Under the pieces are notes generated by a model. That model was not told the origin of the DNA and did no database searches. It saw only the letters and a program-made list of their open reading frames with translations. Positions 45,773 through 56,595 of a stretch of 64,000 bases of DNA are shown here, piece by piece; the first letter of the stretch is position 1; each line of letters opens with the position of its first letter. The translations under genes were made by a program, and so were the position numbers. Origin of the DNA: a virus (taxonomy: Duplodnaviria > Caudoviricetes); the IMG/VR virus record IMGVR_UViG_2529292751_000006, positions 56,786 to 120,785 of that record. One strand, 5' to 3'.

Positions 45773-46708
45773 CTAGTTTCTTTCCGCTAAAACATAGCAA
45801 GAAGAAGTAGTAAGAGATTCTTTATTTAACTCTTCAGAGAACTGAACTGTGATTTTCTTAATAGAATCTAATGAATTATTTACAGATTTATTTTTAGGAG
45901 TTACACCTTTAATACTTAGATTAGATGAAGCATCATTATCTGTTATAGTTAATGCGTCTTGTAAGTTCTTGATTTGGTCCTGATCAGCTGCCCTAGTGAA
46001 TGTCTGTAAAACAACTTCATCATCCTTAGGAATATGTACATCCTCTTCTTTTGGAACCTCTACATTTGATTCTATTTTTCCATCAAAGTAGAATCTTATT
46101 GGTTTTGACCAAGAACTACATACACCCTTATCGTTTACACTTCTTGCTCTTGCGTAATATTGTGCATTTTCATATATAACATCTAATTTAGTAGTCACTT
46201 TATCTTCTAATCCATAAATCTTTTCATTATTCTTAGGCCATACTAAATTATGAAAAGTATTACTCATAGAAACTTGTAATTCATAATAAAGAGCTTCTTC
46301 TACTTTAGTTAAATGATATTCAGGTTTTTCTAGAACGATAGAGAGATCATTAGGCTGAACGATTGTAGGCGGCTTGATAGACATGATATCCTTTGTGTAA
46401 AATTCCAATTCATATGTTTCAGCCATCATTCTGCCTGTAATATCTTTAATTCCACTTTCTCCTCCAACAAGTTGAAGTTGATAATGACTATTGGGATTAA
46501 GTAGATTTAAAGATTTAACTTTTAAAACCTTACGATTATATGCAGATTTAACTGGCTCTACTCTTTGCTCACTTAAATTCAATAAGATTATATTCTCCTG
46601 ACGAAGACTATTAACATTGATATCTAGCATAAATGTTATCTCTATCTCTTGATCTAATAGAACTTTATCTTGTGTATGATGAGGGAGTGTTTTATAAACA
46701 ATACTCAT
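45773..46708 (-). CDS. Ig-like (Big_5/FN3) virion protein
   Basis: I.ITF..DIN..SL..LNPNSHYQL..GIKD.TG; YELQVS..YARAR..SSWS. Confidence 0.65.
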   Translation of the reverse strand: MSIVYKTLPHHTQDKVLLDQEIEITFMLDINVNSLRQENIILLNLSEQRVEPVKSAYNRKVLKVKSLNLLNPNSHYQLQLVGGESGIKDITGRMMAETYELEFYTKDIMSIKPPTIVQPNDLSIVLEKPEYHLTKVEEALYYELQVSMSNTFHNLVWPKNNEKIYGLEDKVTTKLDVIYENAQYYARARSVNDKGVCSSWSKPIRFYFDGKIESNVEVPKEEDVHIPKDDEVVLQTFTRAADQDQIKNLQDALTITDNDASSNLSIKGVTPKNKSVNNSLDSIKKITVQFSEELNKESLTTSSCYVLAERN

Positions 46709-46711
46709 GTT

Positions 46712-47047
46712 TTATATCTCCCTTGTATACTTATAATCTACAGCAATTACGCATGATGGTTGAGGCACTTGTCTAGGAGAAAATAAGATTTCACCAGTAA
46801 AGTAATTAATATAATAATCACCATCTGCGGTGCCTTCGTTTGAAGCCCTTTTCATTCTCATTCCATTTTTATATATTTTTTCACTATTCCTTAATGGTAT
46901 ATGCATAAAGCGAAAATTTCGATTTACACCATCCTGTGTTCCTACTAGTTGTTCTTGATCAGCTAACTTAGAACCAGAAAAGTCGGGCATTACTCCGACC
47001 TTTTTTCTGAATTTAGGATAATCAGGGTGTTGTCTAACAAAAGCCAT
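46712..47047 (-). CDS. Small beta-sandwich virion protein
   Basis: G..DG.N..F..IYKNG..DY.I....G.I.F...P...I.VDY module also repeated in the 708- and 620-aa proteins. Confidence 0.6.
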   Translation of the reverse strand: MAFVRQHPDYPKFRKKVGVMPDFSGSKLADQEQLVGTQDGVNRNFRFMHIPLRNSEKIYKNGMRMKRASNEGTADGDYYINYFTGEILFSPRQVPQPSCVIAVDYKYTREI

Positions 47048-47061
47048 TTATTACTCCCCCT

Positions 47062-47589
47062 TTATCTCCACATTAAAGCAAAATCATATACACTAGGTCG
47101 AACTGTTCCAGTGTAGGTGCATTCTACTTTAATCTGAATATATTTTCTTGGTGTTTCTAATAATATAGGCTGATCCACTCGTACTTCTTGCCAATCAGCT
47201 GTTTTAGAAGACCTGAAGTAAAACTTAACATAAGCCCCTTTACTAGGATAATCTTCAAAATTAGAAACAAGATTTATTTCTTCTGTTGGAAGAGGTAACT
47301 CTAACAAAGAGCTTTCCCATGCTCCTGAGTTAATAGAAAAACTTAGTGTATTTAATGCAGCTGTACTATTTTCATCTCGATCAGTATTATTTATAAAAGG
47401 TTCACAAAAATACATGTCATAAGGAGACACGAGGAGATACATATCATATCTCTCTCGTGTTGTTTTTAACTTAATTGCTTCTGCAATATTCTTTTGCATC
47501 ATATTTAAGTGAAAATCATGTAATACTTGACCATCCAAAAAGGCGATTCGCTTCATATAGTCAGTTGCATAAGAAGGTACTGTTGCCAT
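47062..47589 (-). CDS. Hypothetical virion structural protein
   Basis: RIAFLDGQVL....LN.MQ N-terminus resembles fibre/baseplate anchor motifs. Confidence 0.55.
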   Translation of the reverse strand: MATVPSYATDYMKRIAFLDGQVLHDFHLNMMQKNIAEAIKLKTTRERYDMYLLVSPYDMYFCEPFINNTDRDENSTAALNTLSFSINSGAWESSLLELPLPTEEINLVSNFEDYPSKGAYVKFYFRSSKTADWQEVRVDQPILLETPRKYIQIKVECTYTGTVRPSVYDFALMWR

Positions 47590-47604
47590 TTTACGTCCCC
47601 CTTA

Positions 47605-49410
47605 TTAGAATGTTACAGACCAAGTAATACGCATTCCTGTATTTTTATCTTTTGTTACTGGACCGATACCAGAGATGTTGAACATTTTCCCATCAACTTT
47701 CTCATCGAACATAGCAACTTGATATACATCATGAGTTGTTTTTTCATAGCTATGATTAATTGTTACAATGTCACCTGTGCTAATGCTATTTGGAGTAATT
47801 GTTTTTCCATCTAAGGAAATTGTATATTCATTAGACTCTAATGTTTTTGTAGAGCCAGCATGATTGACAATCACTTCCGGAACTATGAAAGCACCATTTT
47901 CTTCTTTTGCAATTGCAACATCCAAGATAATAGATGTTTGCCCCGCACCAACCGTAATTACTTTTTTCGTTTTTTCAATTGATGGAGCTGGTGTGCCTTT
48001 CGGGAAATCCGCAATGAACTTAACAGTTGTGCCTGAGTTCACCATATATTCGACTTGAATTTGACCAGGTGTATGTACTTTTGGACCACCTGTTGGCTCA
48101 GAACTGAATGTAATATGTCCAGTATTCGGATTCGATACCCAAACATCCCCTTGACTAGGGCGTAATCCATCTTGAACGATGTTATATTCACGGACATTTG
48201 TACTATCAATTGCATCAATATGACGAACAGCTACAAGTTTTACAACAGGGGCTTGTCCTAATTGATAAATTAAATGACGATTATCCAATTTTAATCGATA
48301 CTCTATTTGAACCGTGTGGCCAATAGTTATGTCACTATCAGCGAATCGAATAGAAACTCCAGAAGTTTCATTTGTAACTACTGATACGTTCGCTTTAATG
48401 TCTGTATTTGCTGTTACGTTTCGCACAGAGATAATTTCTAGTAATGTACGTCCTGTTAAACCTGAACCACTATCGTGTAAGTTTTGAAGGCTATAAACTA
48501 ATTTTTTAGTAGATCCATCACCATTATCAGTAATCGCAATTGTATTTGTTTTTGATACATTAGCAATTGGTTGAGTTGGAATAGCAGGCTCAATTTCAGT
48601 AGCGCCATTAGAAATTGTTGCTGGGTAATAAACTGGCATGCGAGATCCAGATAATTCATTTCGCATAAATGTATCTAGTCTATTTGAATTACCATATTCA
48701 ACAGGTTGATAGTTAGGATGATTTACAGTCGGTTTACCACCTAAAGCCATGAATCCTAAGCAATAACGCATATTATAGTCATAATCTACTTTGACATTCG
48801 TTACAGGTGTCTGGAATAGGACTTCACCTGTTAAGTAATCCATTTGATACTTATGAGCTTCATGATTCGCCACTTTTGCTCGCTGCCACTCAACACCAGC
48901 AACAGTAACTTTCTCTGTACCTGATATAACTTTCATATATGGATTTTTGATTTTTCGAAACTTGAATACTACTTTTTCAGTAGGTGCGACCGCAAATTTA
49001 ACTTTACCAAGCACTTCATCAGTAACGAATACATGCTCATCAATAACAAGAGCAGTCTCCCCTACTTTGACAGAACTTAGAGAAACTAAATCTTTCAATG
49101 AATCTAATTGGAATTCTATTTGTGAATTTGTTGAACCCCAATCCATATCAACCTGTACAATCTCCTCGTGCTGTACAGAAAGTGCGAATGGATATAAGGC
49201 TCTACTGTTTGCGGAAACAGCAGAAGCCCCTTTATCTGATTGTTTTACACGCAGCTGTTTTGCAGGATCAGCCATCATGTTTGCTACAACTTCGTTTGCA
49301 GATTGAACAACAAGGTTTTTCTTTTCTTTTTTATAAAAAACGCCTTTATCATTATAAAGTTCAAGTTTTACATGTCCTTTTGCTTTTAAAATCGCTTTGT
49401 CTTGTGTCAT
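47605..49410 (-). CDS. Fibre-like virion protein, paralogue of the 708-aa protein
   Basis: GHVKLE..KNLV..DP N-terminus and KD.NTG.RITW C-terminus; likely start ATG 49410 after GAGGTGG (ORF track extends to 49467). Confidence 0.65.
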   Translation of the reverse strand: MTQDKAILKAKGHVKLELYNDKGVFYKKEKKNLVVQSANEVVANMMADPAKQLRVKQSDKGASAVSANSRALYPFALSVQHEEIVQVDMDWGSTNSQIEFQLDSLKDLVSLSSVKVGETALVIDEHVFVTDEVLGKVKFAVAPTEKVVFKFRKIKNPYMKVISGTEKVTVAGVEWQRAKVANHEAHKYQMDYLTGEVLFQTPVTNVKVDYDYNMRYCLGFMALGGKPTVNHPNYQPVEYGNSNRLDTFMRNELSGSRMPVYYPATISNGATEIEPAIPTQPIANVSKTNTIAITDNGDGSTKKLVYSLQNLHDSGSGLTGRTLLEIISVRNVTANTDIKANVSVVTNETSGVSIRFADSDITIGHTVQIEYRLKLDNRHLIYQLGQAPVVKLVAVRHIDAIDSTNVREYNIVQDGLRPSQGDVWVSNPNTGHITFSSEPTGGPKVHTPGQIQVEYMVNSGTTVKFIADFPKGTPAPSIEKTKKVITVGAGQTSIILDVAIAKEENGAFIVPEVIVNHAGSTKTLESNEYTISLDGKTITPNSISTGDIVTINHSYEKTTHDVYQVAMFDEKVDGKMFNISGIGPVTKDKNTGMRITWSVTF

Positions 49411-49429
49411 GTTTTCATCCACCTCTCTA

Positions 49430-51556
49430 TTAGTTTTTTCCACCCATAAATGGTTTTCCGCCTTCATTAAGAAGCGTAATTGTCCATGTAATACGAATAC
49501 CTGTATTTACATCTTTTCTTGTGTCACCTACACGTACAAGAGAGAATGCCTTAACTGGATACTCACGGAATCCGGCGATTTTATCATCAACACGAGGTCC
49601 ATCAAATAATCCCATTTCACGGATTGTAATGTTATGAGCTGGCTTGAATTCTGGGAATTCAGCTACGAATCTTACGGAACCTTTATCTAATTCAAACCAA
49701 GGATACTCATTCACTGTCTTCGGTTTTTCAACAATGGCACGAGTATAATTTGTTGGAACCCCAGGTCGATCCGCAGAGCGATAGTTGATTTCGATATAAG
49801 AAATTGCTGTACCGTTCGCACTGTTTTTAGATAAATTGATGCACTTCTTATCAGCAGCGTCAAACATGTATTTTCCATCACCAAATTCTGCAACATTTTC
49901 TACTAATTCCAATACGTTTCCTGATTGATCAATAATGTGTACTGTTTCTTTAGTAAAAGCATGCTCAGTTTTATATTTATTACATGGAACCTTAACTGTC
50001 ATTGTCTTACTATAAGAGTAATCTACCATAATTTTTTCGTTGTAAGCTGGTGCTACGACCAATGTGAATGTACCCTTAGTTAAATCGACACTTTCAAAGT
50101 CTCCTTTAGATAGGGTCGCACTACCTTTTTTCACAAGCAATGTACCTTCTTGTATTTGTGTTTGAGTTAACTTAAAGCTGCGATTCGAAGAATTAAGAGT
50201 ACCACTTGGCGTTTCATTAGTAACAGGAAGAATTTTTGTTTCTTCTCTTGAGACATTATCATCAATCATAGTAGAAACCATTTCACTGTCATAAATTTCA
50301 CCAGTGATAGAGTATGTAACCATTACGCCTGTTAATGCACGATTAAATTCAACCACACCTCGCATATGATCAACCACATATGTTAAGTCATTTAATTGAT
50401 TACGTTCTTTTACTTCTGTAAAATCTGTACCTTCATACGATACCTTAACCGTTCCTTCCTTTATTGGATGATTCGGGATTTGTATAGTAAAAGGTCCCAT
50501 TGGTGTTGTATTATAAGCAGCTGGAGTTACAAACTCAGTTTCAAAGTTAGTAATCTCTTTAAGTAATCCATTCATATTCTTTGATAATGCATCAAATCGA
50601 ACAGCAACAATACTCATTTCTGGATTGCTTACACCTGAATCGGCACCAGAATGAACAATTTTAATTTCCGTTTCTGATGTGTTATCAAATCCATCATATT
50701 TGAATTCATGAACAGCCGGTTCGGAAAGTTCACTATCTAATGTCTCAATTGTTTCTTTTAAAACATCATTTACAAAAATATCAATTTGAGCACCTTTGTT
50801 AGACTTTTCTACTTCTAAAGCAAAGTTACTAATTTTTTGCTTAAACTTGATAGATTCACCTTCAAGTATTGCTTTTGCTTTTTCATTAGCAACTGTAATG
50901 CCCTTCGATAAAGTTAATCGATTATCAGTAAATGGAACTTTGTAATTCTCTCCCTCACCGATACCAATAAACATATTTGTATATCCAGAATAGATTTCTG
51001 CTGATAATGCAACACGATCTGCAGCTGGAGCTTTTGAAAGCGTAAATGCTTTTTTACCTAGCTCGCCAGAAACCTCTTCTTTTATATAAAGAGTTATAGG
51101 ATAGTAACCATATGATACTTCAAAATCATCGTCATTTACTTCTGCCCATAATAAATTAGGAGCATGAAGGAGTTGATTACCATCAAATAAAGGAGCTTTT
51201 TTCAACTTTGATTCAGCAATATAAATTTTATTAGTTGTTCCTGTAGATGCCTTAGGAATACGATTTTTATATAATGCACGGGTAGGATCCCCTGAAAATG
51301 CACGTAACAGAATTTCCTCTGCTCCATTTAAAACTAAGTTCTTTTGATCAGCTAACACTCCAACTACCTTACCAGCTGAATCAATTTCTTCAATTTTTAT
51401 ATGACCTCTTGGTGTTAATTCGAATGAATCACGCAAGCCATCTCCCCCTCGCTGTTTCTTTTTTGATAAATTACTTTCCAGTTTTCGCTTTAGAGCTTCT
51501 TTTTTAGGACCATCTGGAAGTAGCCCTAATAACTTCTGAATACTTTTCATACTCAT
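49430..51556 (-). CDS. Fibre-like virion protein with repeated beta-sandwich modules
   Basis: GHIKIE..KNLV..DP; IREMGLF; KD.NTG.RITW. Confidence 0.65.
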   Translation of the reverse strand: MSMKSIQKLLGLLPDGPKKEALKRKLESNLSKKKQRGGDGLRDSFELTPRGHIKIEEIDSAGKVVGVLADQKNLVLNGAEEILLRAFSGDPTRALYKNRIPKASTGTTNKIYIAESKLKKAPLFDGNQLLHAPNLLWAEVNDDDFEVSYGYYPITLYIKEEVSGELGKKAFTLSKAPAADRVALSAEIYSGYTNMFIGIGEGENYKVPFTDNRLTLSKGITVANEKAKAILEGESIKFKQKISNFALEVEKSNKGAQIDIFVNDVLKETIETLDSELSEPAVHEFKYDGFDNTSETEIKIVHSGADSGVSNPEMSIVAVRFDALSKNMNGLLKEITNFETEFVTPAAYNTTPMGPFTIQIPNHPIKEGTVKVSYEGTDFTEVKERNQLNDLTYVVDHMRGVVEFNRALTGVMVTYSITGEIYDSEMVSTMIDDNVSREETKILPVTNETPSGTLNSSNRSFKLTQTQIQEGTLLVKKGSATLSKGDFESVDLTKGTFTLVVAPAYNEKIMVDYSYSKTMTVKVPCNKYKTEHAFTKETVHIIDQSGNVLELVENVAEFGDGKYMFDAADKKCINLSKNSANGTAISYIEINYRSADRPGVPTNYTRAIVEKPKTVNEYPWFELDKGSVRFVAEFPEFKPAHNITIREMGLFDGPRVDDKIAGFREYPVKAFSLVRVGDTRKDVNTGIRITWTITLLNEGGKPFMGGKN

Positions 51557-53649
51557 GATTCGCTCACTTCTCCTTTTAAGGTATTTACGCCCAATTTAAA
51601 TAACCCTAAACTCCAGCCATTTTCCATTTCACCTAAAGCATATTGAACAACGTCTGAACCATCTATGATAAACACATCTCTTGGATTATGCTGAACTTCA
51701 GCATCAAACTTCTCTAAGTACCTATATCTATTAGGATTCCTCAAGTAATGCTTAAATAAATTGTAATAAGTATCTTCTTCTGAAAACTGTTTCGCTTCCC
51801 TATAATCAGAATACTTATTGGTATCTAAAGCATTTGCAGTATCTTCTAATAACATTAGAACTGGCTCTTTGGGATATAAGTCTTGCATTTCATGATTAAT
51901 AATAGCCATATCTTTAAGAATAATTGGCCACAATTCTATAAGCCTTTTAAAGTAATCTGATTGATGTGTGATTTTTTCATTCATGTTTGTTTGGATATGT
52001 TGTTTAATTTCACTTTTAAAAGTCTCGTAGTGTGTACGAATACTTTCTACTAAGCTTACTTTCTGAGATTCTTTTTGAATAAACGGATGACTCGTTGATT
52101 TTATATGTATCATTTCTTTATAGGCTGATGAAAATGCTTCTTTTAATGGACTAGTAAGTGTAGATTCAATTTTATAGGAATCAATAGAATGAACAGTTTT
52201 GCGCTCTTCAATAGATTTAATATACTTGTTATACTCATGTTCGAAAGATTCACCTACACCTAAAAGAACAGTTACAATCTCTTCAAAACTATAGTCTACC
52301 CACATATTTAATCTATGGTCTACACATAACTTAATGATTCTTTCTAAGATTTCCGACTCACACAAGGTCTGCAAATCTATATCATTTCTAATTAAAGATT
52401 CTACAATGTCATATACGAGTAAGTTGCGAACTTCATAGTCTTTATCATCAATTGTTGTAAACTCAAGTAGACTACTATAAGAGCTTGATTTATGCAGGTC
52501 ATCTAGTTCATGATCCAACTCCATTAGTCGAACATCCATTGCAGTTAACGGAGCGTATACAGTACGCAACGCCATTCTTAAATACCTTGCAACATTTTCA
52601 TCTTTTTGAGCCACAATATTTTCAAATATAATTGGCTCTGATATTAATTGTACTGCATCCTGCACTTTAGAGACAAAATGGTCATCCAGCGATAAAGAGC
52701 TTACTGCTTTTATTAACTCGCCTTTGATATCCAATTTATACTCACCATTCAGATAAATGCCGGTTTCTTCCTCATTCTGCAATATTACTTCAATATCAGT
52801 CTTTTCAAGTAAATCCTCCATAGAATCTACTAAGAAATATTGAAGAACCATTTCAACAAAGTCATTGTTTGTATTTTGATACTGATCAAAAATCTTATAG
52901 ATTTTCAGAAGTTGCGCAAACTCTTCTGGAGAAGACATCAACTCTTCATTAAACTTAGTTGTTAGGAAGTTAGCTATCACTGTAAATGATTCACCTAATT
53001 GAGAAACAAATTGTTCTTGGATATGATGTCCTGATTTGCTCCCGATAACGTGAAGAATTTCTTTCATTGATACTTTCTTTAATTCCCGTACATCAAGTGT
53101 TTTAAATAAGTTGGGATGCATTTCTTTTATGATATTTATAAAAGCATCATTTGTAATGTATTCCATGTATGTTTCAATCTGACTATCGTTAGCGGTTAAC
53201 AATAAATCTATAACATCATGGATCATATTATAAATAACTTCTTTCCCATCTTCATCTTTAATATCTGAATAGACCCAATCACTTTTTAGTCCTTTATCCG
53301 AAACCCCATGTGCTCTATATTGGTTAAATGAAATGGCATTATCATACTCTGATTGTTTGTGACTAACCCAGTATGACTCATTAACTCCGTTATCCTCTTT
53401 AGATAGCACTGATTTAATTCTATATATATCTTCATCGCTAGATTCTAGTGAAATATGCTTCTGCACTAATGTATTTACTTTTAATTGACCAATGTGAACC
53501 GGTGTTAAACGAAGTGTAATATCAGATTCATCTTCTATAAAGGTAATATGTTTAAATAATCTATCGTTTATAGGTTTATGAGCAACAACAGGAAATGGCT
53601 TTGCTAAACATGTAATCTCAACATATTCAGAAAACAACGATTCGAGCAT
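51553..53649 (-). CDS. Hypothetical acidic virion-associated protein
   Basis: 698 aa with RBS; ends WSLGLFKLGVNTL; translationally coupled to the next gene. Confidence 0.55.
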   Translation of the reverse strand: MLESLFSEYVEITCLAKPFPVVAHKPINDRLFKHITFIEDESDITLRLTPVHIGQLKVNTLVQKHISLESSDEDIYRIKSVLSKEDNGVNESYWVSHKQSEYDNAISFNQYRAHGVSDKGLKSDWVYSDIKDEDGKEVIYNMIHDVIDLLLTANDSQIETYMEYITNDAFINIIKEMHPNLFKTLDVRELKKVSMKEILHVIGSKSGHHIQEQFVSQLGESFTVIANFLTTKFNEELMSSPEEFAQLLKIYKIFDQYQNTNNDFVEMVLQYFLVDSMEDLLEKTDIEVILQNEEETGIYLNGEYKLDIKGELIKAVSSLSLDDHFVSKVQDAVQLISEPIIFENIVAQKDENVARYLRMALRTVYAPLTAMDVRLMELDHELDDLHKSSSYSSLLEFTTIDDKDYEVRNLLVYDIVESLIRNDIDLQTLCESEILERIIKLCVDHRLNMWVDYSFEEIVTVLLGVGESFEHEYNKYIKSIEERKTVHSIDSYKIESTLTSPLKEAFSSAYKEMIHIKSTSHPFIQKESQKVSLVESIRTHYETFKSEIKQHIQTNMNEKITHQSDYFKRLIELWPIILKDMAIINHEMQDLYPKEPVLMLLEDTANALDTNKYSDYREAKQFSEEDTYYNLFKHYLRNPNRYRYLEKFDAEVQHNPRDVFIIDGSDVVQYALGEMENGWSLGLFKLGVNTLKGEVSES

Positions 53650-53671
53650 AGATTATACACCCTCTCCTGTA

Positions 53672-54172
53672 TTATTCTTCTTCTGTTGCTTTTGCTTTAC
53701 GAGTTTTACTCTTAGCTGTAGCTTTTGATTCTTCTTCTATACTTGCAGTTTTGATTTCTTCTTTAGCTTCCTCAGGTGCTTTCTCTTCCCCTGCTTTTTC
53801 TTCAGTTACTTCTTTCTTTGAATTATCAGCAGATTTTTTATTTACCTTTTCTGGTCGATCAAATGCACGATTCGCTTCTTTTGCTGCTGCAACCATATTA
53901 CCATCCAGCCCTCTGACCTTCTTAGACATATCTGTATTAAATGGTTTTTTATACTTAGATTCCCAAGTATCGATTGCTTCTTGAGGTAATTTACCCTCAT
54001 ATAAAATTAAAGCCGGGACAGATGCACATAAAGCATGACAAATATTCGACAGCTCTTTATGATCTGTAAAATGAACAGATTGCACAGGGTTAGCTAATGT
54101 TATATATAAATTTTTAATAGGATCAAAATAACTTGTTTTATTTGGCGCTAGGCCTACTTTTAATTCAGGCAT
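53672..54172 (-). CDS. Hypothetical protein with K/E-rich tail
   Basis: 166 aa, GGAGG RBS, follows the capsid gene. Confidence 0.6.
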   Translation of the reverse strand: MPELKVGLAPNKTSYFDPIKNLYITLANPVQSVHFTDHKELSNICHALCASVPALILYEGKLPQEAIDTWESKYKKPFNTDMSKKVRGLDGNMVAAAKEANRAFDRPEKVNKKSADNSKKEVTEEKAGEEKAPEEAKEEIKTASIEEESKATAKSKTRKAKATEEE

Positions 54173-54195
54173 ATATATCCTCCTCGTTTTAACTT

Positions 54196-54234
54196 AAAAT
54201 AATAGGCGGACGAGTATGATATCGCCCGCCTATT
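54196..54234 (-). terminator. Intrinsic terminator after the major capsid gene
   Basis: AATAGGCGGGCGA-N8-TCGTCCGCCTATT followed by ATTTT. Confidence 0.75.
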
Positions 54235-54251
54235 CAGCTGCTTCTAGTATA

Positions 54252-55337
54252 TTAAGATACTAATTTTACACGATCTGGAGCTGGGTATGATTTTTCAAAT
54301 GCTAGGTTACGTGCAGTTGCAACTGCTTTACCCTGATTTAAAACACCGATACCATAACGCTCTTTAACTTTGATAGTTTGAATATCACGCATTGGATCAT
54401 CAAATTGCTCTGTTGTTAAAGGATCTTTTTCTAGTAAAATACCAACGTTTTTACGATCCACTACATACATATCAAACTTCTTAGTTTCAAAGTTGAATGG
54501 AGCAAATGGTGTAAAGTTAAGATTAATAGAGAACGGAATACGTCCCTGTACTTGATCAGGACTGATTTGTAAGTTTGTGATTTGACTTCCGCCAAGTGCA
54601 GCGTGTGTTAATGACTGCATAATGTCATTTTTAAAGAATACAGACCAACATAATGGATTCATTAGTACATCCGAAGGAGTGTATCCATTAGCCATTAGCG
54701 CAATAAATAAATCAATCATGTCCTCTGTAGACATTGTATTATTGTAGTTCCCTTCAATATCCATACCTGTTGTACCAGCTTCAGCATATTTTGCACGGAT
54801 ATCATTATCAAATACGATATGACCATGTTTAGAGAATTGAGTAAAGATTTTTTCTTCTTTTAATCGTGCCATTGCTTCCCCTGCTTTACGAACAAGGATA
54901 CCAATTACGTCCCACTGACTATCGTTAATCATCTCGTCCGTTACACGAACAACCATACCTGACTTACCAACTTTAACCTCTTGTGTGCGGTGTAATTGGA
55001 AGTCTACAGTTTCTTCTAGATAACTTTGAGATTCACCGATGTCATGTGCTCTCATAGCTCCGATAGATGGGAATTCAATTGAGCGGCCATCAGTTAAGCG
55101 AACTTTTTCTAATAAATCTGAACCGATATACATTGGCTCTGCTGCTTCACGCATCATACCTGTAATTACACGAGGAATTAAGATACTAGCATCTTGAGTT
55201 GTTAATGCTTCTGTTACTGATACCAATTGATCTTTAGGGATTTGCGTCCAATCCTCACTTAGATCTAATTGACGCTGCATACGTTTTAAAATTTTTACTG
55301 ATTCTTCTGATAGTTGATGTTCATTAATTTGCTTCAT
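54252..55337 (-). CDS. Major capsid protein (HK97 fold)
   Basis: LIPRVI..EAAEP, IGE.Q.Y, K.G..V.VTDEMI.DSQWD, MNP..W, KERYG; follows protease and decoration genes; strong terminator. Confidence 0.9.
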   Translation of the reverse strand: MKQINEHQLSEESVKILKRMQRQLDLSEDWTQIPKDQLVSVTEALTTQDASILIPRVITGMMREAAEPMYIGSDLLEKVRLTDGRSIEFPSIGAMRAHDIGESQSYLEETVDFQLHRTQEVKVGKSGMVVRVTDEMINDSQWDVIGILVRKAGEAMARLKEEKIFTQFSKHGHIVFDNDIRAKYAEAGTTGMDIEGNYNNTMSTEDMIDLFIALMANGYTPSDVLMNPLCWSVFFKNDIMQSLTHAALGGSQITNLQISPDQVQGRIPFSINLNFTPFAPFNFETKKFDMYVVDRKNVGILLEKDPLTTEQFDDPMRDIQTIKVKERYGIGVLNQGKAVATARNLAFEKSYPAPDRVKLVS

Positions 55338-55354
55338 CTTTCATTTCCTCCTTC

Positions 55355-56578
55355 TTACTTCTGTAATATGATGCGAATCGCACCGATTGACCCTTTAAAG
55401 TCCCAACCTGTTGGCACGCCAGGTAGTTGTCCTGTAGCTTTATATGTTGCTGTAACATCTTTAGGTGCTGTCCCTTTACTATTGTCATACGAGAATACAA
55501 CACGACCAGATGTAACATCTACATATTCCGGCTTAACTACGTCTCCGCCAACTTTAATTTCTACTGTGCCTTCAACTGCAGGCGTGTGAAGTAAGAAGAA
55601 ATCATGACGACCATTAACACCAACATTAACTTGACCAATCACTTCATCCTTGAATGGCACTTCAATATTAGAACCATTTGTTAATCCTGGTATTCCTTGT
55701 GGGTAATATTTATTAGAACGAGTATCCCAATTACGATATGACTTTTCATAAGGATATCCTGGGAATCCATCTTGTGATCCGATATCAGAAGTACGAGCTC
55801 CACTAGCTGTTTTCCAATCGTCATTCTTCATATCTTCGTCAGCCCATCCTACCCATTTTAACCAGCCTTGTGGTGGTAGGTTTGTTTCGACAGCCCATAC
55901 TTGACCAAATACTTGCTCTTGCATGCGAGATTGTTCTTTTAAAATGCCTTTTAGTGCTGGTAAATCAGCTGCGCCATCGATATCAGTTCGAACTTTTTCA
56001 AAGTCTGCTTTAATTACATAGCCTTGCTCATCTGCCATTACAAAGTCACCAGCTTTTACTGGACGAGTAATATCTGTATCATAGAAGCAGCCCCATTTAA
56101 GTTCATAGGCATCTTCTTTATTTGATATGTAAGGTAATTCAATATAAATTTCATTTTCAATTGTTGGCTGCATACCATTGAAACCATCTACAAACTCTTC
56201 ATATAAGTTTGCATAAGCTACACCAATTGGTATATTTGCAGAACGTGTATAACGCTCGCCATCTCGACCTGTTTCTTCAACATCTTTACCACCGTTAGCA
56301 AGTGTTATTGCGTTGTAAGGAACATTTGCATCAAAGTCATCAAAACGACCATCATCGTCTTTACCACCATTTGTAGCTGGTGCAACCACACGTCCTTTAG
56401 GAATAACTACCCAACCATCGCCACCAAAATGATATCTAAATAATCGTGGTAAACGTGGATCGACTAAGAATTTTTCACCTGGAGAATCATGCGTACCAGC
56501 TTGAAGTTTTGTATTTGTTCTAAATTTCTGATCTGGAGTATCTTGTAAAGGTCCTGTAACTCCGCCGAATAATGCCAT
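55355..56578 (-). CDS. Head decoration/structural protein
   Basis: Between protease and capsid genes; VVIPKGRVV, PIGVA, KAGDFV..D..G, GQV. Confidence 0.6.
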   Translation of the reverse strand: MALFGGVTGPLQDTPDQKFRTNTKLQAGTHDSPGEKFLVDPRLPRLFRYHFGGDGWVVIPKGRVVAPATNGGKDDDGRFDDFDANVPYNAITLANGGKDVEETGRDGERYTRSANIPIGVAYANLYEEFVDGFNGMQPTIENEIYIELPYISNKEDAYELKWGCFYDTDITRPVKAGDFVMADEQGYVIKADFEKVRTDIDGAADLPALKGILKEQSRMQEQVFGQVWAVETNLPPQGWLKWVGWADEDMKNDDWKTASGARTSDIGSQDGFPGYPYEKSYRNWDTRSNKYYPQGIPGLTNGSNIEVPFKDEVIGQVNVGVNGRHDFFLLHTPAVEGTVEIKVGGDVVKPEYVDVTSGRVVFSYDNSKGTAPKDVTATYKATGQLPGVPTGWDFKGSIGAIRIILQK

Positions 56579-56595
56579 TTTCGTTTCACTCCTTA

